Part shown: positions 9,403 through 19,397 of the stretch, in pieces
How positions within the stretch are numbered: the stretch's first letter is position 1
How the letters are laid out: the number at the start of each line of letters is the position of its first letter
Source: an uncultured Ruminococcus sp.
GTDB taxonomy: Bacteria > Bacillota > Clostridia > CAKSNL01 > HGM11501
DNA length: 64,000 nucleotides
Direction: 5' to 3'
NCBI GenBank assembly: GCA_964466295.1
Contig: CAYXRC010000003.1
Location: 87,059-151,058, forward strand
The notes under the pieces: generated by a model
Databases searched by the model: none
What the model saw: only the letters and a program-made list of their open reading frames with translations
What the model was told of the DNA's origin: nothing
Position numbers and translations under genes: made by a program

Positions 9403-10086
9403 ATGTTCGATTTTATTTCTGAATATCAAATAAACATGATATTCAGGATCCTTATAAGCTGTCTGTGCGGCATTGCAATAGGCTTTGAAAGAAAAAACCG
9501 CGCAAAGGAGGCAGGGATCAGGACGCATTGCATTGTAGCATGTGCGTCGGCAATGATGATGATAATTTCAAAGTACGGCTTTGAAGATGTTATAAGTATC
9601 TATTCTCAGGCAGACGTGAGGCTCGATCCGTCAAGAATGGCGCAGGGCATTATAACGGGTGTAGGCTTTTTGGGCGCCGGCACAATTTATGTTCAGAGAA
9701 GTAATATTCGGGGTCTTACTACTGCCGCAGGCTTGTGGGCTACCTGCGGAATAGGCATGGCAATAGGCGGAGGAATGTATATAATAGGCTTCTCGACAAC
9801 GCTTATCATACTTGCCACACAGCTTATTCTGCACAGCCGCGGAAGATTTATGACCTCACACAAAAGCAAGTACATAAAAATATACGGAATAGAGAAGCCG
9901 GATTTTCAGCTTCATACAACGGCTCTTTTAAGGGATATGAATATAACCGTAAACGAAGTTTCGGTTTCAAGACATTCAGATGGATTATACGATTATACTT
10001 TCTACTGCGAAATGCCCGGAGATGTTGTAGAGGAGGACATAATAAAGCAATTTGATAATAAATGCTCGGTGGAAACAACAAGATAA
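9403..10086 (+). CDS. MgtC/SapB family membrane protein
   Basis: 227 aa. The N-terminal hydrophobic MgtC domain carries the conserved GFERK motif, followed by an ACT-like C-terminal domain. Confidence 0.8.
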   Translation: MFDFISEYQINMIFRILISCLCGIAIGFERKNRAKEAGIRTHCIVACASAMMMIISKYGFEDVISIYSQADVRLDPSRMAQGIITGVGFLGAGTIYVQRSNIRGLTTAAGLWATCGIGMAIGGGMYIIGFSTTLIILATQLILHSRGRFMTSHKSKYIKIYGIEKPDFQLHTTALLRDMNITVNEVSVSRHSDGLYDYTFYCEMPGDVVEEDIIKQFDNKCSVETTR

Positions 10087-10092
10087 TTAAAA

Positions 10093-10141
10093 AAGATAAA
10101 GAAGTCTGCGGTTATAACCGAAGACTTCTTTATCTTTTTTT
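10093..10141. terminator. bidirectional rho-independent terminator
   Basis: 14-bp stem aagataaagaagtct / agacttctttatctt followed by TTTTTT. Confidence 0.8.
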
Positions 10142-10177
10142 AATCATTCAATGAACTTACCGGCAGCGGACGCAAAT

Positions 10178-10600
10178 CTAATATTTTAGGCTTTTAAGTG
10201 TTTTTATTATTTTAATAAGTGCTTCTTCGGGAGAGGTAATATCCTCTACCGCTTGTTCCATCGGGCAAAGGCCTTTTCCGCTTCTGTTTTTCACGGCCGG
10301 CACGAGCTTATCAAAGCTCACATCTACAGAATATCTTTTAAAGACCTCTTTTGCTTTTTCACTTAAAATTCCTGCCCATACCGACTTTACTCCGAGAAGG
10401 ACATATAAAAATGCGGCGGCTTTTCCCACTGCCTTATCTGCCGCAGAATATCCGATTAAGGATTTTCCGGACTCCATTAATTCGACAAGGGGCTTTATGC
10501 CCCTTTCACAAGAGGAATAAAGCTCGTCGCCCCGGCATAAAACAAGCGTGCAGTTATTTTCTCTTAAAATTCCGCAGGCACGGATTAAATCCTCAGTCAT
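10178..10600 (-). CDS. DUF1893 (TM1506-like) domain protein
   Basis: 140 aa. The sequence pattern (LVLCRGDE..Y.S...GI.PL; SAADKAVGKAAAFL) recalls the TM1506 family. The assignment is from memory, not from a search. It is translationally coupled to the upstream ECF S-component gene. Confidence 0.45.
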   Translation of the reverse strand: MTEDLIRACGILRENNCTLVLCRGDELYSSCERGIKPLVELMESGKSLIGYSAADKAVGKAAAFLYVLLGVKSVWAGILSEKAKEVFKRYSVDVSFDKLVPAVKNRSGKGLCPMEQAVEDITSPEEALIKIIKTLKSLKY

Positions 10601-11142
10601 AATCTTGCCCTCTCTATTGCCTTAACTATCAGCGGCACCGATATAATCTGCAAAATCATACCCGGAGCTCCTGCCGCAATAACCGACATTGAGGCTTTCA
10701 AGGCTTCTGTCCCCGTTCCGGCAATTACAGCAAAAATTAAGACGGCTGCAACTCTCGTAAGCTTTCCTGCCGCACATGCCAAAAAGACCTTAAGCACGGG
10801 GCTTATTTTTTTGCCCCTTAAAATGCCTGCAACAAAAGCGCATACGGAGGTTTCAAGCGCAATAAATAAAAGCATCGCCGGCGCCGGCATACCTGTAAGC
10901 ATATTGCTTAAAGCCGGTGAGATAATTCCCGTTGCTATCCCCCAGAAAGGACCCAAGCACATTCCGGCAACCAAAACAGGTATGTACATAGGCAAAAATA
11001 TCTGTCCCAGATTAGCGCCCTGACCGGTAAGGATTCCGACAAAATGGAACACCTGAGGCAGTACAATGGCTAATGCTACCGCTAAAGCGGAAAAAATTAG
11101 TTTTTCAATAAATCTGTAATTTTTTTTAATTGACTGATACAT
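10597..11142 (-). CDS. ECF-type transporter substrate-specific (S) component
   Basis: 181 aa, fully hydrophobic with 5-6 predicted transmembrane helices and no ATPase or T component nearby. This is typical of a solitary S component; the substrate is unknown. Confidence 0.55.
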   Translation of the reverse strand: MYQSIKKNYRFIEKLIFSALAVALAIVLPQVFHFVGILTGQGANLGQIFLPMYIPVLVAGMCLGPFWGIATGIISPALSNMLTGMPAPAMLLFIALETSVCAFVAGILRGKKISPVLKVFLACAAGKLTRVAAVLIFAVIAGTGTEALKASMSVIAAGAPGMILQIISVPLIVKAIERARL

Positions 11143-11152
11143 GTTAACCCTC

Positions 11153-12259
11153 CTATTTTAAATCCCGTGCCGCACATTCAAGGTATTTTCTGATTTCAAG
11201 ATGCTGCGGACAGCGTTTTTCACATGCTCCGCATTTTATACAGTCAGAAGCTTTTGCGCCTTCAGGCAAATGACTCTTTGCCTGTTCCCTCGTTTCTTTT
11301 GCTCCCAAAAATTCATTATATGCCGAAAATACCCGTGAAATATGTATATGCTTCGGACAATCATCCTTGCAGTATTCGCACCCGGTACACTTTATCTGTT
11401 TAAACTTCCTTATTATTTCCCTGACCTTATCTGTCGCTTCAAGCTCCTCTTTATTAAGAGGCACAAAATCCCTCATGGTATTTATATTGTCCGCCATCAT
11501 TTCCATGCTTCCCATGCCCGAGAGCACCATTATTACATCGGGATAAGACGCCGCATATCTTAATGCGTAGGAAGCATAGCTTCCTCCTCCAAGCTTATCC
11601 AAAACCTTAGCGCCCTCGTCCGGGAGGTTTACCAGTGCGCCCCCTCTTACCGGCTCCATCACGATTACCTTTTTCCCATGCTTTACCGCCACGTCATAGC
11701 AAGCCTTACTCTGCACCTCCGGGTCGTCATAATCTAAATAATTTATCATAAGCTGTACGGCTTCAATACACGGATTTTCCTTAAGTATCATATCAAGAAC
11801 GTCTGCCGTATCGTGAAAGGACATGGCTATATGGCGTATTTTCCCTTGCTTTTTAAGCTTTTCCACCACGCTAAAGGCGTTTGCGTCCTTAAACTTTTTA
11901 TAATTTCCTCTTGAAAGAGCGTGAAAAAGGTAAAAGTCGAAATAATCCACTTTGCACCATTTTAACTGATTTTCAAAGAAGGGTACTATATCCTCCTCTT
12001 TTTCAAAATAAGGATCTGTAAGCTTATTTGCAAGCACAAACGCCTCCCTCGGATAACGGCTTGAAAGACAGTCCCTTATTGCCGTTTCGCTCTGCCCTCC
12101 TATATAGCAGTGAGCCGTATCAAAATAGTTAAAGCCTGCCTTTATGAAGGCGTCAATCATCTTTTTAAACTCGTCATAATCAACCTTATCATTATCCATT
12201 TTAAGGCGCATACATCCGAATCCGAAATTTTTCTTTATTTCATTAAATTCTGCTTTCAT
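11153..12259 (-). CDS. aldo/keto reductase fused to a C-terminal 2x[4Fe-4S] ferredoxin-like domain
   Basis: 368 aa. The N-terminal AKR TIM barrel has the (D..Y..K) pattern with YFDTAHCY. The C-terminal domain has CTGCEYCKDDCP and CIKCGACEKRCP cysteine clusters. Confidence 0.8.
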   Translation of the reverse strand: MKAEFNEIKKNFGFGCMRLKMDNDKVDYDEFKKMIDAFIKAGFNYFDTAHCYIGGQSETAIRDCLSSRYPREAFVLANKLTDPYFEKEEDIVPFFENQLKWCKVDYFDFYLFHALSRGNYKKFKDANAFSVVEKLKKQGKIRHIAMSFHDTADVLDMILKENPCIEAVQLMINYLDYDDPEVQSKACYDVAVKHGKKVIVMEPVRGGALVNLPDEGAKVLDKLGGGSYASYALRYAASYPDVIMVLSGMGSMEMMADNINTMRDFVPLNKEELEATDKVREIIRKFKQIKCTGCEYCKDDCPKHIHISRVFSAYNEFLGAKETREQAKSHLPEGAKASDCIKCGACEKRCPQHLEIRKYLECAARDLK

Positions 12260-12391
12260 AAATCCCTCTTCTTTTATATAAATTCACTTAAGATTATACT
12301 ATAAAAAGTTTACTTTAGCAATACAAGATTTAAAATTACTTACGCCTTGATAATAAATTTACATTTTTTATAGATACAAATCCGATAACAA

Positions 12392-12420
12392 AAACAGCCG
12401 ATATAACCGGCTGTTTTTTT
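12392..12420. terminator. terminator hairpin followed by T7 run
   Basis: aacagccg atataa cggctgtt followed by ttttttt, lying between two minus-strand genes. Confidence 0.6.
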
Positions 12421-12440
12421 GTTATAAAATTTTTCTGCAA

Positions 12441-14231
12441 TCAAGAAATAGGCTCAAAGTCTGCCGCCCCGTGCTTGCAAAGGGGACATACAAAATCATC
12501 CGGCAGTGTATCTCCCTCGTACACATATCCGCAAACCTTGCACACAAATCCCTTTTTACCTTCAGTAGCAGGCTTCGGCTTAACATTATTCTGATAGTAG
12601 GTATAAGTCATAGTTTCCTTATCGCTCATAACTCTCGCCTCGGTAACCGAGCAGATAAACATTCCGTGAGAGCCTAAATCAACGTAGTCCTCAACCTTAA
12701 GCGAAAATGCCGCATTTATAAACTTAGGCAAAATCACAAGACCGTTATCCGAGCGGCAAGGCGTTATATCCGCAAATTTATTTACGTTTCGACCGCTCTG
12801 GAAACCGAAGGTTTCAAAAACCTTAAACGGTGTCTCAACAGACAGGCAGTTAACGTTCATAATACCCGTCTGCTTTATTACATGATGGGAATAATTTGCT
12901 TTATTTATGTTTACCGCTATCCTTTTGGGATTATCGGACACCTGCGTTACGGTGTTAACGATAAGTCCGTTATCCTGCTTTCCGTCGTTGGAGGTAACCA
13001 CATAAAGACCGTATCCGATACGGAAAAGAGCTGTCATATCGTTTTTATTTGCCGTTTTAGAAGAGCGTGCCACATATTCCCTGCAAAGCTCGTCCGCCAT
13101 TGCCTCCAAGGTCTTTTTGCCCTCGGCGTTAAGCGCAGATTTTATCGTTAAATTATTCTCAAGATAAGTTATGTTCTTGCAATTTTCAAGCATGCCCTTC
13201 ATAACCTTTACAGCCTGAGGCGCCCATGACCCGTTTTCGATAAATCCGACTGTTCTTGACCCGAAATTTCTTTCTGTAAGGTGATTGATAAATTCTCTCA
13301 TATAGGGGAAAATTTCTGCATTATATGTGGTCGTTGCAAGCACCAGCTTACCGTAACGGAAAGCATCAGCCACAGCCAGGGACATATCAGAGCGTGCCAA
13401 GTCATAAAGCGCAACGTTCGGGCACCCTCTCTCTTTTAGCATATCGGAAAGCATTACCGCCGCCTTTTTTGTGTGTCCGTATACCGATGTATACGCCACG
13501 CATATACCGTCTGACTCGGGAGTATAGCTTGACCAAGTGTTATATAAATCAATATAATAGCCGAGATTTTCCTTTAAAACCGGACCGTGCAGAGGGCAGA
13601 TTATCTCAATATCCAGATCCTTTGCCTTTTTAAGAAGCGCCTGTACCTGCGCTCCGTATTTTCCTACAATGCCGATATAATATCTTCTCGCCTCGGGTGC
13701 CCACTCCTCGTCAGCGTCCAGAGCGCCGAATTTTCCGAATCCGTCTGCTGAAAAAAGAACCTTGTCGGTACTGTCATAGGTCACCATAACCTCGGGCCAA
13801 TGTACCATGGGTGCGAAAACAAAAGTAAGAAGATGACGTCCCAGCGAAAGGGTACTCATATTTTCTACCACCAGAGTATTTTTGCATGTTCCCTCTCCGA
13901 AAAATGCGTCAATCATAGCAAAGGTTTTTGCATTTGCCACAACCGTTACATCCGGGTACATCTTTAGAAAATTATAAATATTCGCCGAATGGTCAGGCTC
14001 CATGTGCTGGACTATAAGATAGTCGGGACTGCGGCCGTCTAAATTTTCCGAAAGATTATCAAGCCATTCGTGGGTGAATGCTGCGTCAACAGTATCCATT
14101 ACTGCGATTTTTTCATCAATAATAATATAGGAATTATACGACATCCCGTTGGGAACCTTATACTGTCCCTCAAAAAGGTCAATTTTACGGTCGTTAACTC
14201 CGACATATTTTATGTCCTTTGTGATATTCAT
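12441..14231 (-). CDS. multidomain flavodiiron protein (metallo-beta-lactamase-like diiron, flavodoxin-like, flavin-reductase-like and C-terminal rubredoxin domains); O2/NO reductase
   Basis: 596 aa. The diiron motif is HMEPDHS. A flavodoxin-like segment follows, then a flavin-reductase-like split-barrel segment. The C-terminal rubredoxin has CKVCGYVYEG...CPLCKHG. Confidence 0.85.
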   Translation of the reverse strand: MNITKDIKYVGVNDRKIDLFEGQYKVPNGMSYNSYIIIDEKIAVMDTVDAAFTHEWLDNLSENLDGRSPDYLIVQHMEPDHSANIYNFLKMYPDVTVVANAKTFAMIDAFFGEGTCKNTLVVENMSTLSLGRHLLTFVFAPMVHWPEVMVTYDSTDKVLFSADGFGKFGALDADEEWAPEARRYYIGIVGKYGAQVQALLKKAKDLDIEIICPLHGPVLKENLGYYIDLYNTWSSYTPESDGICVAYTSVYGHTKKAAVMLSDMLKERGCPNVALYDLARSDMSLAVADAFRYGKLVLATTTYNAEIFPYMREFINHLTERNFGSRTVGFIENGSWAPQAVKVMKGMLENCKNITYLENNLTIKSALNAEGKKTLEAMADELCREYVARSSKTANKNDMTALFRIGYGLYVVTSNDGKQDNGLIVNTVTQVSDNPKRIAVNINKANYSHHVIKQTGIMNVNCLSVETPFKVFETFGFQSGRNVNKFADITPCRSDNGLVILPKFINAAFSLKVEDYVDLGSHGMFICSVTEARVMSDKETMTYTYYQNNVKPKPATEGKKGFVCKVCGYVYEGDTLPDDFVCPLCKHGAADFEPIS

Positions 14232-14378
14232 ATTTCATCCTCCGTATTTTAAGGCAAAAGCCGTTTAGATATAATTATTATATCACACATTAAAAAAAAA
14301 CGCAACCTTACGGCAGTATAAATATTAATAAAATTTTGCACTTAATAAATCCGTTACTTTATAATTTAGTATTGATAA

Positions 14379-14403
14379 AAGCGAGACACATTATGTCCCG
14401 CTC
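14379..14403 (-). terminator. terminator for the minus-strand oxidoreductase/isomerase operon
   Basis: On the minus strand, agcgggacataatgtgtctcgct is followed by tttatc. Confidence 0.5.
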
Positions 14404-14423
14404 CTATTCGTTGTAAAAACAGC

Positions 14424-15422
14424 TTATATCTGCTCTCCGCCTGCAAGCTCAATTTCTTTCTTAACGAGCTTCACAGACTTTATCCCCTCGGAAAGAGGCG
14501 CAATTTCTTTTCCTTTTCCGGTTAAAATTTCGTCTATGAAATATTTTATCTCCGTATAATAAGCCCCGAGATTTGATACGTTAATTCCGCTGTCTATGTC
14601 AACATTGCACTCTGTCTTAAACTCGGGAGTAACGACCTCTCCGTTCTTTAGCCTTACGGTAAGAGCGCCGTTATGCACTGCCGTTGCATTTTCAAAGCAT
14701 ACTCTATAGCCTGCCGAAAACGGAGAATTGTCCGCAAGGTCCCAGCAGCCCTCCGCCTTAACCACAGTGTCATTATACTTAAATCCGGCAAAAATATGAT
14801 CAATAACGCCTTCTTCGTTTCTCGTTACGTCAACGCTTAAAGAGTCGGGCTCTCCGAAAATATAGCGTATAACGTCAACATCATGAATGTGAAGATCGAG
14901 CGCTACTGTGCCGCTCTTCTTCCAGTTATTAAACCAATCCTCCCCGGACCAGTTAGGATTTGATGACAGTCTGTAAAAATAAGCGCTTTTAACCTTGCCG
15001 TAGGTTCCGTTTTTAACTGCGTCGCGAAGATAAACGTATTTGTTCATGAACCTTACGACCTGTCCTATCTGAATTTTTACGCCCGTTTCCTCTTTTGTCT
15101 TTAACAGAAGCTCAGCCTCGCCTTCATTTAAGCATACAGGCTTTTCAAGAAAAACGTTGCAGCCCTTTTTCATTGCCGCCACCGCGTATTCTGTATGCAG
15201 ATATGTGGGAAGGCATATATCTATAATATCAGGTGTTTCATTTTCCAAAAGCTCAGCACCGCTTTTATACACCTTGGCACCTGACTCGGAAGCAAATTTC
15301 TCCGTATTGCTCTCATCAAGATCTGCAATTGCGACAAGCTTTACCTTATCTTTAAGCGCAAGATAGCATCTTGCGTGCATTTTGCCCATACCGCCGCAGC
15401 CTATAAGTCCAACAGTAACCAT
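14424..15422 (-). CDS. Gfo/Idh/MocA family NAD(P)-dependent oxidoreductase
   Basis: 332 aa with the N-terminal Rossmann motif VGLIGCGGMG and the family's EKP motif. Confidence 0.85.
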   Translation of the reverse strand: MVTVGLIGCGGMGKMHARCYLALKDKVKLVAIADLDESNTEKFASESGAKVYKSGAELLENETPDIIDICLPTYLHTEYAVAAMKKGCNVFLEKPVCLNEGEAELLLKTKEETGVKIQIGQVVRFMNKYVYLRDAVKNGTYGKVKSAYFYRLSSNPNWSGEDWFNNWKKSGTVALDLHIHDVDVIRYIFGEPDSLSVDVTRNEEGVIDHIFAGFKYNDTVVKAEGCWDLADNSPFSAGYRVCFENATAVHNGALTVRLKNGEVVTPEFKTECNVDIDSGINVSNLGAYYTEIKYFIDEILTGKGKEIAPLSEGIKSVKLVKKEIELAGGEQI

Positions 15423-15435
15423 ATCCTCTTCCTCC

Positions 15436-16260
15436 TTATTTAATTATATTTTTAAGATATGTTATGGTGTCTATAATATCCTTTGTCTGCTGTTCTCCGG
15501 ATATTTCTCGCTCTATGTAAAGATCACCTGTATATCCTTCTTCATTTATAAGCTTATCCAAAAATACAGGGAAGTTAACCAATCCCTCGCCTACCTTTGT
15601 TTCATAGCCGAGTCTGTTAAAGTCCCCCTTAGGATAAAGTCCGTCCTTTACGTGCACGCCGCGGATTTTATCACCGTAAATTGACACAGCATCCACAGGA
15701 TTTGCTCTTCCGTACATAATAAGATTTGCAGGATCTAAGTTTACTCCAAGATTGGAAAGCCCTGTATCCGCAATAGTTCTCATAAGCGTCACGGGAGTTT
15801 CCTGTCCTGTTTCAAAGTTAAACCACAGGCCGCGCTCTTTAGCATATCTACCTACCCATGCCACTGCGTTTACAAGTCCCGTATAGCCCGGGTAAACCGG
15901 CTGTTCGGGTATAAATCCCATATGAGTTGCAACGTCTTTAACACCAAGTAAAGCAGCAAAATCCATTGCCTTTGCAAGCTCCTCCATCCTCTTAAATCTG
16001 TATGTTTCGGGAACAAGTCCTAAGGTTTCCGGTCCATCCTTAAAGTTCCATATAGCAGGACCGCTCCAGCCTGCCCATACAGATGTTACCTGTAATTTAC
16101 CGTCCAAAGCCTTTTTAACCTTTTCGGCATTTTCCTTTGTTAAAATCTCAGGATTCCAGCAATTTAACTGCACAGTTTCTAAGTCAAAAGAGAAAAGCTC
16201 TTTCGTATTGCCCTTCAATATATCCTCAAGAGTGAATATTATACCGATTTTATTTTTCAT
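15436..16260 (-). CDS. sugar phosphate isomerase/epimerase (xylose-isomerase-like TIM barrel)
   Basis: 274 aa with an AP-endonuclease-2/xylose-isomerase-like TIM pattern. It is adjacent to the Gfo/Idh/MocA gene and divergent from an AraC regulator. Confidence 0.75.
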   Translation of the reverse strand: MKNKIGIIFTLEDILKGNTKELFSFDLETVQLNCWNPEILTKENAEKVKKALDGKLQVTSVWAGWSGPAIWNFKDGPETLGLVPETYRFKRMEELAKAMDFAALLGVKDVATHMGFIPEQPVYPGYTGLVNAVAWVGRYAKERGLWFNFETGQETPVTLMRTIADTGLSNLGVNLDPANLIMYGRANPVDAVSIYGDKIRGVHVKDGLYPKGDFNRLGYETKVGEGLVNFPVFLDKLINEEGYTGDLYIEREISGEQQTKDIIDTITYLKNIIK

Positions 16261-16373
16261 AAAAATACCTCCGTACTATTGACTTTACCAAGATTATAAG
16301 GTATCATAATACTAAATGCAATATAATAAAAGATACTTTTTTTATGAATTTAGCTACTTTTCGGAGGTGTAAC

Positions 16374-17192
16374 ATGCTTAAAATAAACAGGCTTGTAAAT
16401 ATAGAGGCGTTTTTTTCGGCGTTTGAGGCTGTATTTGACCCTGACTACCGTTTCAGCGGCGAACGGCATAATTTCTGGGAGCTGGTTTATGCCAAGGAAG
16501 GCTGTATAGGCGTTGCCGAAGATGAGAAAATATACAGGCTCAAAGCCGGAGAAGCTATTTTTCATATGCCCATGGAATTTCACCGCATATGGTCAGAGCA
16601 GGGCACCTCTCCCCGGGTAATTTTCATGACCTTTTCCGCACCGGTCGGAGATTTAGGTATCTTAGGCAAAGGTGTATTTAAGCTCAATCCTATTCTTGAC
16701 TCCATTTTAAGGGAGGCTCTCGATGCGGCGGCCTACTGCCGTGAAATGGACGATCCAATCAAAAATCAGCTCTCCGCCGTAAATCTTGAAAAGTTCATTC
16801 TGACGCTTATGGAAAGCCAAACTCCGGAATCCAGACAGCAAAAAACTAAAGGTACTGCCAATTACAGAACGATTATCAAGGTTATGACTGATAATGTTGA
16901 AAAAAATCTATGCTCTGAGGATATTGCACATTTATGCGGTCTTAGTCTGAGCAATTTAAAAAAGACCTTCAGAAAATATACGGGCATGGGTATTATGGAA
17001 TACTTTAACAGCCTTAAAATTATGCGCGCCATGGCGCTGATGGCCGAGGGACTGTCTATGACTCAGATAAGCGACAGACTCGGCTATTCAAGCCCCAATT
17101 ATTTTTCCGAGGCTTTCAAAAAAAACTGCGGAGTGACTCCTACACGTTATAAAAAAGACTATATCACGGAAATCGGCGGAATACTTTTATAA
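16374..17192 (+). CDS. AraC family transcriptional regulator (cupin sensor plus HTH)
   Basis: The C-terminal tandem AraC HTH includes SPNYFSEAFKKNCGVTPTRYKK. A GGAGGTG ribosome-binding site precedes the ATG at 16374. The longer ORF from 16344 has no ribosome-binding site. Confidence 0.8.
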   Translation: MLKINRLVNIEAFFSAFEAVFDPDYRFSGERHNFWELVYAKEGCIGVAEDEKIYRLKAGEAIFHMPMEFHRIWSEQGTSPRVIFMTFSAPVGDLGILGKGVFKLNPILDSILREALDAAAYCREMDDPIKNQLSAVNLEKFILTLMESQTPESRQQKTKGTANYRTIIKVMTDNVEKNLCSEDIAHLCGLSLSNLKKTFRKYTGMGIMEYFNSLKIMRAMALMAEGLSMTQISDRLGYSSPNYFSEAFKKNCGVTPTRYKKDYITEIGGILL

Positions 17193-17282
17193 ATTACAGG
17201 ATAATTTGTTATAAAAATCCTCTTTATGGCAATAATTAAGTTAAAGGCGTGCCGGATTACGCCATAAAAGGAGGAATTTTTT

Positions 17283-17890
17283 TGTCTGTTGAATTTAAAG
17301 TAAGCCAAACCAAAGAAAATTTAATGCGAGCTTTTGCAGGTGAATGTCAGGCAAGAATGAGGTATGATTTCGCTTCCGAGCAGTCAAAGGCCGCCAAGCT
17401 TCAGGTCATATCTGCGGTCTTTTGTTTCACAGCCTCGCAGGAAAAAGAGCATGCACAGATTTTCTTAAATCACCTAAGAGATTTCGCTGATGAAAACATA
17501 AAAATCGACGCTGATTATCCCGTAACAGTAGAGGACTCGGTGATAAAGCTTTTACGGGCGGCTCACAAAAACGAAACGGAGGAGTACAAAAATATATACC
17601 GCTCCTTCGGAGATACCGCTCGGGAGGAAGGCTTTTCCGAAATAGCCGCTTCATTTTACCGAATCGGCGACATTGAAAAAACACATGCGGAAAGGTTTTT
17701 ACTGTTTTCAGAGTATATGGAAAAAAACCGTCTTTTCATATCTGACATAAAGTGCGACTGGATGTGTTTAAACTGCGGTCATATTCTAAGCGGTACCGAA
17801 GCCCCGGAAATCTGCCCGGTATGCAGTCACGATAAGGGATTTTTTATACGCCTTGAGCTTGCACCCTATACCGGCTTTGTCAAAAATTAA
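17283..17890 (+). CDS. rubrerythrin (ferritin-like diiron domain plus C-terminal rubredoxin-like Cys4)
   Basis: The E..E..H diiron motifs are present (AGECQARMRY, EKEHAQIF, EEYK, EKTHAERF). The C-terminal Cys4 domain is CLNCGH...CPVCSH. TTG start 9 nt after AAAGGAGG. Confidence 0.85.
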
Positions 17891-17910
17891 AAGCCCTTAA
17901 GGTAAATAAA

Positions 17911-17951
17911 AAAATCCACCCGAGGTATAAAAATACCCGGGTGGATTTTTT
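17911..17951. terminator. rho-independent terminator
   Basis: 12-bp stem aaaatccacccg / cgggtggatttt followed by a T-run. Confidence 0.8.
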
Positions 17952-17974
17952 ATGTTTATTCTTTTTAAAGCATA

Positions 17975-18451
17975 TTAAAATGTTATAGGATAAATGTCGT
18001 AATTTACTATTTTTTTAAGCTCTGATGGTGCAATTTCAAGCTGAGAGCCAATCCTTCCTGCGCTTATATAAAATTTATCTAAGCTTTTCACAGATTCGTC
18101 TATTACCGTCTTATATTCCTTTTTCATGCCGACGGGAGAACATCCTCCCCTTATATAACCTGTTACCTTGTTTATATCGGCGACATGTATCATTTCAACA
18201 GACTTTTCCCCCACTGCCTTTGCTGCCGCCTTAAGGTTAAGCTCTTTTTCAACGGGAATTACAAATACATAATACTCTTTAGAGGGCGCTACCGTAACAA
18301 GGGTTTTATAAACGATTTCTCTGGGACAGCCCATTTTATCCGCCACCGAGATACCGTCAATTTTTCCATCCTCCGGAGTATATTGGTGCGCCGTATAGCT
18401 TACCTTAGCCTTGTCCAATATCCGCATTGCGTTTGTTTTGATTTCTTTCAT
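17975..18451 (-). CDS. ybaK: YbaK/EbsC-type Cys-tRNA(Pro) deacylase
   Basis: 158 aa showing the YbaK fold pattern, including the GYIRGGCSP motif. Confidence 0.8.
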   Translation of the reverse strand: MKEIKTNAMRILDKAKVSYTAHQYTPEDGKIDGISVADKMGCPREIVYKTLVTVAPSKEYYVFVIPVEKELNLKAAAKAVGEKSVEMIHVADINKVTGYIRGGCSPVGMKKEYKTVIDESVKSLDKFYISAGRIGSQLEIAPSELKKIVNYDIYPITF

Positions 18452-18473
18452 ATTATCTTAAGCCTCCGGCGGA

Positions 18474-19379
18474 TTATTTAAACAAAGCTTTTGAAAAGCT
18501 TTCAGGGTCAAAGGGCTGCAGGTCGTCAATGCCCTCTCCCACTCCGATAAATTTTACCGGTATGCCAAGCTTTCTTTTAATATTTATTACAATTCCACCC
18601 TTTGCCGTACCGTCAAGCTTGGTTAAAACAATTCCGGTTATGTCTGCGGTTTCCTTAAACATTTCAGCCTGATTTACTGCATTTTGTCCGGTTGTTGCGT
18701 CAAGTACAAGCAAAACCTCAAGGCTGGACTCCGGAAGCTCTCGTTTTATTACCCTGTATATTTTTTCAAGCTCATCCATCAAATTCTTTTTATTGTGAAG
18801 CCGTCCCGCCGTGTCGCATATAAGAACATCTGCTTTTCTGCTTTTTGCCGCGGCGCATGCGTCAAATACCACCGCCGCAGGATCCGAGCCCTCCTCGTGG
18901 CGTATCATGGGAACGCCGTTTCTTTCAGCCCATACAGAAAGCTGCTCTGCCGCAGCGGCTCTGAAGGTATCGGCGGCGGCTAAAACAACGCTCTTACCCT
19001 CAGATTTAAGGACATGCGTTAGCTTTCCTATTGATGTGGTTTTTCCCACTCCGTTCACGCCGATTACCATAATAACTGAAGGATGTCCGGAAAGATCAAG
19101 AGATGAATCCCCGGAAAGAATATCGCTTATAATTGCGTAAAGCTCCTCCTTTGCCTCCTCGGCGCTTCCTATGCGCTTAGACTTTACATTCTTTTTGAGT
19201 CTGTCTACTATGTCCATCGCCGTCTGCGCACCCAAATCCGCTAAAATAAGCGCCTCGGTAAGCTCCTCATAAAAATCCTCGTCAATACTGCTGAAGGCAA
19301 CAAACACACTGTCTACAGCGCTTTTAAATGTTTCTCTGGTTTTGCCAAGTCCCTGTTTTAATTTATCAAATAATCCCAC
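18474..19379 (-). CDS. ftsY: signal recognition particle receptor FtsY
   Basis: 301 aa with the SRP GTPase NG domain (GVNGVGKTTSIGKL, DTAGR, TKLDGTAKGG). Confidence 0.9.
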   Translation of the reverse strand: MGLFDKLKQGLGKTRETFKSAVDSVFVAFSSIDEDFYEELTEALILADLGAQTAMDIVDRLKKNVKSKRIGSAEEAKEELYAIISDILSGDSSLDLSGHPSVIMVIGVNGVGKTTSIGKLTHVLKSEGKSVVLAAADTFRAAAAEQLSVWAERNGVPMIRHEEGSDPAAVVFDACAAAKSRKADVLICDTAGRLHNKKNLMDELEKIYRVIKRELPESSLEVLLVLDATTGQNAVNQAEMFKETADITGIVLTKLDGTAKGGIVINIKRKLGIPVKFIGVGEGIDDLQPFDPESFSKALFK

Positions 19380-19397
19380 TTTAATCTCTCCGTTTTT

